Origin: Corallochytrium limacisporum Hawaii
Taxonomy: Eukaryota; Protista; Pluriformea
Reading direction: 5' to 3'
DNA length: 64,000 nucleotides
Assembly (NCBI GenBank): GCA_002811645.1
Contig: PDIP01000089.1
Coordinates: 46,911-110,910 of the forward strand
Shown: piece by piece, positions 57,134 to 64,000 of the stretch
How positions within the stretch are numbered: position 1 is the stretch's first letter
Layout of the letters: each line of letters opens with the position of its first letter
The notes under the pieces: model-generated
What the model saw: only the letters and a program-made list of their open reading frames with translations
Told to the model about the DNA's origin: nothing
Databases searched by the model: none
Made by a program: the position numbers and the translations under genes

Positions 57134-57403
57134 ATGGCAGATGGAGGGAATAAAGTGACCTTCAAGGTCGTCCTTGGATCGGATCCAAAGCTGCCCTACA
57201 AAGTGCTGAGTGTGCCAGAGGAAACGCCTTTCTTTGCAGTGATCAAGTTTGCAGCAGAGGAATTCAAGGTGTCGGCAGCCACTTCAGCCATGGTTACGGG
57301 AGAAGGTGTTGGGATCAACCCAAAGCAAACGGCAGGGAACATTTTCCTTAAGTACGGAAAGGAATTGCGACTCATTCCACGTGATCGAGTAGGCACCAGC
57401 TGA
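57134..57403 (+). CDS. UFM1: Ubiquitin-fold modifier 1
   Basis: [40 protein letters not shown]...[30 protein letters not shown]. Confidence 0.98.
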   Translation: MADGGNKVTFKVVLGSDPKLPYKVLSVPEETPFFAVIKFAAEEFKVSAATSAMVTGEGVGINPKQTAGNIFLKYGKELRLIPRDRVGTS

Positions 57404-57475
57404 ATGCAACTTCGAACTTAGTTGGCGTAATAAGAATACTGTACACTTTAATTATTGCTAAAGAGTCTGGTCTGT

Positions 57476-59872
57476 TTAGGCAGAACGCCTCTTCTGTTTG
57501 TCGAAAACCTTCATGATCTTCTTCTTACGGTTCTTGCTCAGTTGTTTACCGTCCCTGTCGTGCGTTGGGTAACCCTTGTCATCGAACTCAGAGAATAACG
57601 TCTCTCGCTGTTCGTAAGCCTCCTGCGGGCTCACTTCCACGATACCGTCTGCATCAACGGCCACGGGCTTCGCCACGGACTGCGGTACCTTGACTTCATC
57701 GGCACTGGCCTTGCCACTAGCACCACGCATGGGCGGGTGCCGCACGGCTTCAAACGGTGACTCAGAACCCTCCGCGGTGCTCGCGGCCCGTGCGCTGCTC
57801 AGGGTAGCGGCGTACTGATTCGGGCGGCCACCAGTGAAGCTGCGCTTATCAAAGATTGCCCATGAACTGAAGTCCTTGTAGTCCTTGATCTCAACACCAA
57901 TGTCGACCAAATGTCGGTCCCTCAGTTCGTCACAATATCTAAGTATGTCCGTTGGATCAGCGGTGCCGTCTTTGCTGCCGCTGACATCCGGTCCCTCTTG
58001 ACGATCCTCAGAAGTGACTGCCGCGGCGGCGGCGGCGGCGGCAGCCTTCTTGTTCCTCTTGCCGTGCCGCTTGCTCTCGCGCAGACGCTCAATGCCCAGG
58101 TTCCGCACTGCGGAACGGAAATCAACCATACGATCCAGCAATTTGTCGAGAATCGGTTCCGTCGTTGTGATGGTGCTGACACCAGCCTCACGCTTGACGG
58201 TAAGCTCAACACCAAAATGGCGTAGAGTGTTGTCTACAAAATAGCTCAGGTTGAAAAGGAGCTCACGGGGCGGCTGCTCAGGAGCTTCCAGGTCTTGGGA
58301 AGGCTTTGAGAGGTATACATTGGTCTCATTGACCAGGTCGACCAAAATTTGTAGAGCAGTGGGGGTGTCAAAATCGTCCTTGATGGCATCCACAACTCGC
58401 TGACGCGCGTTCTGCAGCTTGAGGTTCAGGTCATATTCGTCGTTACCCCAAGTCCGTGAAGGCCGCTTCATCTCCTCCCCTTTGCGCATACGGATAGCAA
58501 GATTGTTGAAGTAATCCGTGAATTTCTTCTCTATAGTTGTGGCCTCCGCCATTGATTTCTCATTGAACTCAATGACGCTCGAATACTTAGACTGTAGGCA
58601 GAAAATGCGGAATTGTGTGCCTGAATACTCCCGCAGGAACTGCTTCACCGTAGTAAAGTTCTTCAGACTCTTGCTCATCTTTAATCCCTGGATGTTCAGA
58701 TGTCCCGCATGCATAAAGTAGTCGACCCATTGGTCGCAGTCATGGAACGCCTCGCACTGGGCGATCTCATTGTCATGGTGGGGGAATGCAAGGTCTGCGC
58801 CCCCGGTATGCAGAAGCATGTGCTTGCCAAAGAAACGGCTGCTCATTGCAGAGCATTCGACATGCCATCCTGGACGGCCTGCTCCCAGGGCTTCAACTTC
58901 CCAGCTCGGTTCACCGTCTCGTGCATGCTTCCACATGGCAAAATCACGAGGATCTTTCTTCCATTTCTGATTGCCGACTTCGTCTTGAATTTCAGTGGCC
59001 TCGTCTTCAGCAATGGAGGGATTGGAAGCAATGTTCTTCTCCTGCTGCTGTTGCTTCGCCTGGAAATCCTTCTGCCGATCTGGTCGCAGTCGGCCGTAGT
59101 TTGGACCGTGCGCACCTACGTCGAAATACACATCTCCGATGTCATTACGGTATGCTTTCTTTTTATCCAGCAGTTGTTTCACAAAGTCCGCAATCTCAGG
59201 CACGTGTTCGGTGACCCGCGTAATGGCATTCGGGGGTCGCACATTCAGCTTCTGCATGTCTCTCATGAACTCAATTTCAAAATACCTTGCTAGCGTGTGC
59301 GAATGGACATTGAATTCCTCCGCCCGGGCGATTATCTTGTCGTCCACGTCTGTCATGCCAAGTACCAAAAAGACATCCAGGCGGAAAAAGTCCACCAGCA
59401 GTCGACGAATAATGTCGAAGCGTACGTAGCAGCTGGCATGGCCCAAATGCGCCTGATCGTAGACTGTGGGTCCGCACTGGTACCACTTGACAGGCCCATC
59501 CGTCGGAATGATAAATGGTACTTTGCATTTTGTGAGACTATTGTAGACCTTGATGCCCATGTCCCGGCCCATAGGAGGTTTCCAGTCATTGGGAAGCTTT
59601 TTAGGAGGTCCCTCCTCTGCGGGTGTATCTTTCTTTGCTGTCCGATCAATCCAGGGTGCACCACCCCAGGCATTACCACGAATATTTTCTCCTCGGAGAC
59701 GATCATTACTAAACACCGCCGTCGATTTCCACGCCGCCTGGTTGAAATGTGGGAAAGCTGGGACCACAAGGCGAAGCCGGCTCAGCGTCCGTCTTGTTGT
59801 CGTAGGCCCATAGCCTCGAAAGGCTCGCAACGCACTTTTTTGTAGCATTGTGTTGAAGAGTTCACTACACAT
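57476..59872 (-). CDS. CARS2: Cysteinyl-tRNA synthetase, mitochondrial type (alternative ATG 59848)
   Basis: Arg-rich presequence; VYNSLT..WYQCGPTVYDQAHLGHASCYVRFDIIRR; GRPGWHVECSAM; KMSKS. Confidence 0.9.
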   Translation of the reverse strand: MCSELFNTMLQKSALRAFRGYGPTTTRRTLSRLRLVVPAFPHFNQAAWKSTAVFSNDRLRGENIRGNAWGGAPWIDRTAKKDTPAEEGPPKKLPNDWKPPMGRDMGIKVYNSLTKCKVPFIIPTDGPVKWYQCGPTVYDQAHLGHASCYVRFDIIRRLLVDFFRLDVFLVLGMTDVDDKIIARAEEFNVHSHTLARYFEIEFMRDMQKLNVRPPNAITRVTEHVPEIADFVKQLLDKKKAYRNDIGDVYFDVGAHGPNYGRLRPDRQKDFQAKQQQQEKNIASNPSIAEDEATEIQDEVGNQKWKKDPRDFAMWKHARDGEPSWEVEALGAGRPGWHVECSAMSSRFFGKHMLLHTGGADLAFPHHDNEIAQCEAFHDCDQWVDYFMHAGHLNIQGLKMSKSLKNFTTVKQFLREYSGTQFRIFCLQSKYSSVIEFNEKSMAEATTIEKKFTDYFNNLAIRMRKGEEMKRPSRTWGNDEYDLNLKLQNARQRVVDAIKDDFDTPTALQILVDLVNETNVYLSKPSQDLEAPEQPPRELLFNLSYFVDNTLRHFGVELTVKREAGVSTITTTEPILDKLLDRMVDFRSAVRNLGIERLRESKRHGKRNKKAAAAAAAAAVTSEDRQEGPDVSGSKDGTADPTDILRYCDELRDRHLVDIGVEIKDYKDFSSWAIFDKRSFTGGRPNQYAATLSSARAASTAEGSESPFEAVRHPPMRGASGKASADEVKVPQSVAKPVAVDADGIVEVSPQEAYEQRETLFSEFDDKGYPTHDRDGKQLSKNRKKKIMKVFDKQKRRSA

Positions 59873-60447
59873 AGGCTATTCCAGCATAACACTCGCTCTA
59901 CACAATACTACAGTAGGTTCATGTTGCAGTTCTTTGCCCCTCTGGTTCCACTTTCTCCGCAGGACGTTACACAAAATCCCATTTCAAAATTTCTTTATGA
60001 AAACCCTGTTTCTTTATGCTCCAAGTTCCTGCAAGGGCTCATGATCACTTACTTCTAGCCCGCGACGACTTAAGGACCTCAAACTCGCTCCACTCGCTAC
60101 CATGTGACCGTGCCAAAAGGAAAAGTGTAGAACTCAAGGTCTCACGAAGCAAACACCGGGAAAATGGGACCCCGGGCGGTGCGCCCGGGGGCGCTAAATA
60201 TTGGGGGCGCTAGGGTCCGGTGCCGTTTAGGGCTGAGTGTTTCTCCGGCGGGGCCCGCTGCGGGGAGCCTGAGCGAACGATCGGGCGGGAGGGACGGGAA
60301 AGACTCGTAGGGACGTCCACGAAGAAGAGAGCTTGGTGTGGATCTGAACCATCGCATGAGCTTTTGTTTGTTTTCCATCTTCTGTACAACGTGTGCTAGC
60401 CGACTATATATCTATTTACTTAGACAGTGAGATGTGGAGCGATTCAT

Positions 60448-62058
60448 TCACGGCTTCATACTGCGCATGCGGCCGGTGGCAACCCAATCTGGGCGGGTAC
60501 TGGAGCTCTTACGTGTTAGCTGTGGTAGGCGCACCTCTGTCCAGCGGGAGTACTGTGCGGACTGCGCAATGGCATCCACAACATGCTGAGTGTACAGCGA
60601 CGTCTCCAAGGTCGGAAGAACGGCTGACATGGGCCGGATGAGACTACCCTTGAGCACAGGAATGTACGAGGCCGGGTATGGCAGAGGTGCAGGCGGCTGT
60701 TTCTTCACCGCGATCGCTCGTAAGGTCTCCTTGACTTCCTGCCACATCGATTCCAGGGCTGGTGAGCTGTTTGTGGGGGGCACATGGAACAGCAGGTCAT
60801 CACTGTTGTCGTTGCTGACCTCTCCCGCATTTGTGTTCACGAGCAGCCGCTCCCCACCGAAAGGAGCATAGAAGACGCCTTCTTCTGTTAATTCAACCGA
60901 TCCCTCTGAGCCCACACACAGGATGCTCACCAGAGAGGATTCATGATCTGCATGATCTCCTTTTCGCTGTGGACGCGGGTTCAAGCGGCTCACCATCAGG
61001 TTAATGGGCATCAGAGTGCCCTCCGTGACCATGTGAGCACACACCAAGTTGTCGCTGCTGATGACCGTAAAGTTCACGCCCGGATCTCCGGTCGTATTCG
61101 TGACCTTCACACCCAAGGCTCCACTGCGACCGAGTACAGTATCATCGCTGAGGCGTCTATGATGCCCACGATTGCTCCCCGTGAAGGAATCCTGTGGTGT
61201 GATGTCCCCTGTGGCGCTTCCCGGTTTCAATGATTTCGGTGGCAAAGGAGCAGGCAATGATTGCTTGCACGTCCTCAGCAGTCCACTGGCCCGTAGGATT
61301 CGTGTCGGAAGAACTGTGACGAGAATATCTACCAAGAGCTGTACCTCTGTACGCAGGACACCGCCACCAACGATGGCATCATCGCGCCAATTGTAGCGCC
61401 GGAATGTGCCGTCCGTACTCAGTTCTGGATAGGGGAGCATGACTTCTGCTTTGATGTATTGCAGCTCACCGATGTAGTACCCGTGTTCCTCAGGGAGTAT
61501 GCTGGATGCCGTGGTTTGTTCCGAGTCAATGGCGGCATTCATAGTGTCCGCGTTCCGTCTCTGCATGGCCGGTGTCAGAACCGATGCCTCCAGGATGGCC
61601 TGCAATAGCCGGACCTTCGGACTGAACAGCTCTGCACAGCAGACAAAGCAAAGTCGTCGGTCGTTTTGCTGGACAGCATTGAGCACACTCAAGGCCTCCG
61701 CACGCGTAAGAGCAATCGGTTTCTCGATCAGAACGTGGTGACCCAAGTTGATTGCTTTGATCGCGTAGTCTGCGTGTGTGTGCGGTGGAGTGCAAATGAC
61801 TATCACGGACGGAACAGCCACTTCACGCAGTACATATTCAAGATCTGTACTCGCTAAATTTGCCGGATGTTCATCGATGAAAGTAGCCAGAGAGTTGCGA
61901 GTCCTACCCCAAACAGCCGCGACTTCGAACCCCGCTGACTTGGCTGCTATGTATTGCAAGGTTGCACGTTTTCCGGTACCGACAATGGCCACCGCTGGCA
62001 TAGGTTCATCCTCTCCCACCGGCGTCCCGCCGTTGGCACTGCCCATTGAGGACCGCAT
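60448..62058 (-). CDS. Gfo/Idh/MocA-family oxidoreductase (GFOD-like)
   Basis: VAIVGTG, GFEVAAVWGRT, VICTPPHTH, GHHVLIEKPIA, YNWRDDAIVGGGVL. Confidence 0.85.
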   Translation of the reverse strand: MRSSMGSANGGTPVGEDEPMPAVAIVGTGKRATLQYIAAKSAGFEVAAVWGRTRNSLATFIDEHPANLASTDLEYVLREVAVPSVIVICTPPHTHADYAIKAINLGHHVLIEKPIALTRAEALSVLNAVQQNDRRLCFVCCAELFSPKVRLLQAILEASVLTPAMQRRNADTMNAAIDSEQTTASSILPEEHGYYIGELQYIKAEVMLPYPELSTDGTFRRYNWRDDAIVGGGVLRTEVQLLVDILVTVLPTRILRASGLLRTCKQSLPAPLPPKSLKPGSATGDITPQDSFTGSNRGHHRRLSDDTVLGRSGALGVKVTNTTGDPGVNFTVISSDNLVCAHMVTEGTLMPINLMVSRLNPRPQRKGDHADHESSLVSILCVGSEGSVELTEEGVFYAPFGGERLLVNTNAGEVSNDNSDDLLFHVPPTNSSPALESMWQEVKETLRAIAVKKQPPAPLPYPASYIPVLKGSLIRPMSAVLPTLETSLYTQHVVDAIAQSAQYSRWTEVRLPQLTRKSSSTRPDWVATGRMRSMKP

Positions 62059-62395
62059 GTGTTCTACAGAATCTAATCGAAACAAATCTTCGCGATCACA
62101 TCCTGGACTCGTATATGCTGCACTGATTTCTTCCCCATCAGAATCACAAATCCCTAAGGATCGTTGTAACTGTTACCTGTATTATAGAAGAATACGGTCT
62201 AAAAAAACCATCGGCGCCCGTGAAGTAACTAGTCGTGCTAACGCGGACTGTTTGAGGCCAAAGCCACTGAGACTTCCCGGCCTCTGGAACCCTAATTCCC
62301 TGGGGGACATAACGACGGAGACTTCTAGCTTCCCGCCCTCTCGCTTCCTTCCATTTCTTCCTCTTCACTTGCTCCCTTTGTGTTTCGTCCTCTTT

Positions 62396-62396
62396 G

Positions 62397-62427
<31 letters not shown>

Positions 62428-62505
62428 GTCTCTCTGTCTCTCTGTCTCTCTGTCTCTCTCTGTGTCCCTCGCTCTGTCTGTCCCTTTCTCTGTCTCTGTA
62501 TCTCT
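62396..62505. repeat. Degenerate (CT)n/(CTGT)n microsatellite
   Basis: Long pyrimidine-rich CT/CTGT tandem run. Confidence 0.88.
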
Positions 62506-62916
62506 GGCAGTATATCTCTGGCCGCCCTGCATATCTGTGTGTCTCCGTGTATCTCTGAGTCCGTGTGTGCCGCTTTCTAATTATCTTTCTGCGGTACTGC
62601 TCCCTTTAACCCCTCGTCCTCTGGGTATCTTCCTCTGTATCTCACCCCCTGCCCCCCCCCACAGGGGAAGGGGGCTGGGGGACTACCCTTACACCCCCTC
62701 TAAATGTATGGGGTCCCTACGTCCCTCCCTCCGGCTTCCCTTTGGGGCCCGTCCCTCCACCGCACCCCAACCCCGAACCGGACGCGCCCAAAAAGGGGCA
62801 ACACAGAACTCAGCGGTACAATAACTGATAACCTAGTTATATGAATTAGCCAGAGGACGCCGAGAAAAATCTTTGGAAAAAAAAAAGTTTTTGGGTGTGG
62901 GTGTGTGGGGTGGGGT

Positions 62917-63138
62917 NNNNNNNNNNNNNNNNNNNNNNNNNNNNNNNNNNNNNNNNNNNNNNNNNNNNNNNNNNNNNNNNNNNNNNNNNNNNNNNNNNNN
63001 NNNNNNNNNNNNNNNNNNNNNNNNNNNNNNNNNNNNNNNNNNNNNNNNNNNNNNNNNNNNNNNNNNNNNNNNNNNNNNNNNNNNNNNNNNNNNNNNNNNN
63101 NNNNNNNNNNNNNNNNNNNNNNNNNNNNNNNNNNNNNN
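62917..63138. other. Assembly gap (N run) flanked by G-rich tracts
   Basis: Run of N characters. Confidence 0.99.
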
Positions 63139-64000
63139 GGGGGGGGAAGACGAGCGGGTGAGCGTGAAGAAGAAAAGGCGGGGGGATGGGGAAGCTGGCC
63201 TCTCAGGTATCGTGATGAAATCAAATTCTTGGTGCGAAGTCAGGGGGATCAGCAGGGGGTAAGAAGGAAAAAGTGGAAGCATTCACGGAAAATAAAAAAA
63301 AAGGGAAGCCGGGACGGAGACAGCTTTGCTTACCGGGCAGAAAAAGAATTAATTTTTTGTGGGTTCCTCTGGATGCAGGGCATTAGTAGATTGGGTATGG
63401 CAATGGCGGTTGATAGGATGGGGCAGGACCTGTTAATCACGTTAGACCTGGCACCTGTGGTCCACCCCCAGACAAACCACCCCCCGCCGGGTGGGGAGAA
63501 GGGGGTGACGCACGGGTGGTTGCTGTCCTACACAGACGCGCAGATAAGGCAGAGCTGAAGACCAGTGGCGCAGTGCTGCCACTGCTGACACGCTCCCGGA
63601 AGACCTCGAAAGGCGCGTAGGGACGGGCCAGGGAGCGGTGGGTTTTTCGTGTTTGTTTGCGCTGTCAGGAGCGACAAGGACACCAATAGAAACACACCCA
63701 CACATACAAGCCCGGCGTGTTAGTGCGTGTCATGGTGGTATTTCCATAGGGATATGGTCTAAAGGGAATGGCCCCAGTTCAGATCCTTGATAACAGGTCA
63801 ATGTGTGCTGAATGGCCGTCCAAGTATTTATGGGCCAGTGTGGGAAAGCATGTTAGACAACTTCATTCAGTAGTAGATTAAACCGTTAAAGAAACTTACA
63901 ACTAAAGAATCAATATGACACAACCACAGAATATCAGAGACGCGCTAAGCGACGCCCGGGATCGGGCAAAGAAAGTGTTGGATCTTTTGCTAGACGGACG

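Noticed and set aside
1-64000. tRNA, rRNA, canonical spliceosomal snRNAs, transposons, CRISPR arrays
   Set aside because: No recognisable signatures by eye; divergent copies cannot be excluded without covariance-model searches.

Overview
Eukaryotic nuclear DNA, most likely from a unicellular holozoan (a close relative of animals). The gene set includes a Maf-type bZIP, Nck, SMURF, Tiam/Still-life, ROCK, UFM1, mitochondrial-type CysRS and THOC6. About 21 protein-coding genes are present. All recognisable ones, including 3.2-3.7 kb genes such as BMS1, ROCK, SMURF and Tiam, are single uninterrupted ORFs with no introns. Genes are separated by GC-rich, homopolymer- and microsatellite-rich islands with CCAAT boxes, and there are two assembly gaps. 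The most notable signals not explained by the gene calls are: (1) a GCN4-like four-uORF leader on the Maf-type bZIP, plus a probable non-AUG (ATA, in an ACC-ATA-G context) N-terminal extension; (2) an orphan CCAAT promoter island between convergent genes, followed by a ~350-nt multi-helix candidate ncRNA with a template-like repeat and an Sm-like end (24460-24816); (3) two further structured intergenic segments; (4) a gene split by a +1 frame break; (5) five tandem RxxK SH3-binding motifs in AMSH. All family assignments come from motif recognition by eye; no searches were run.
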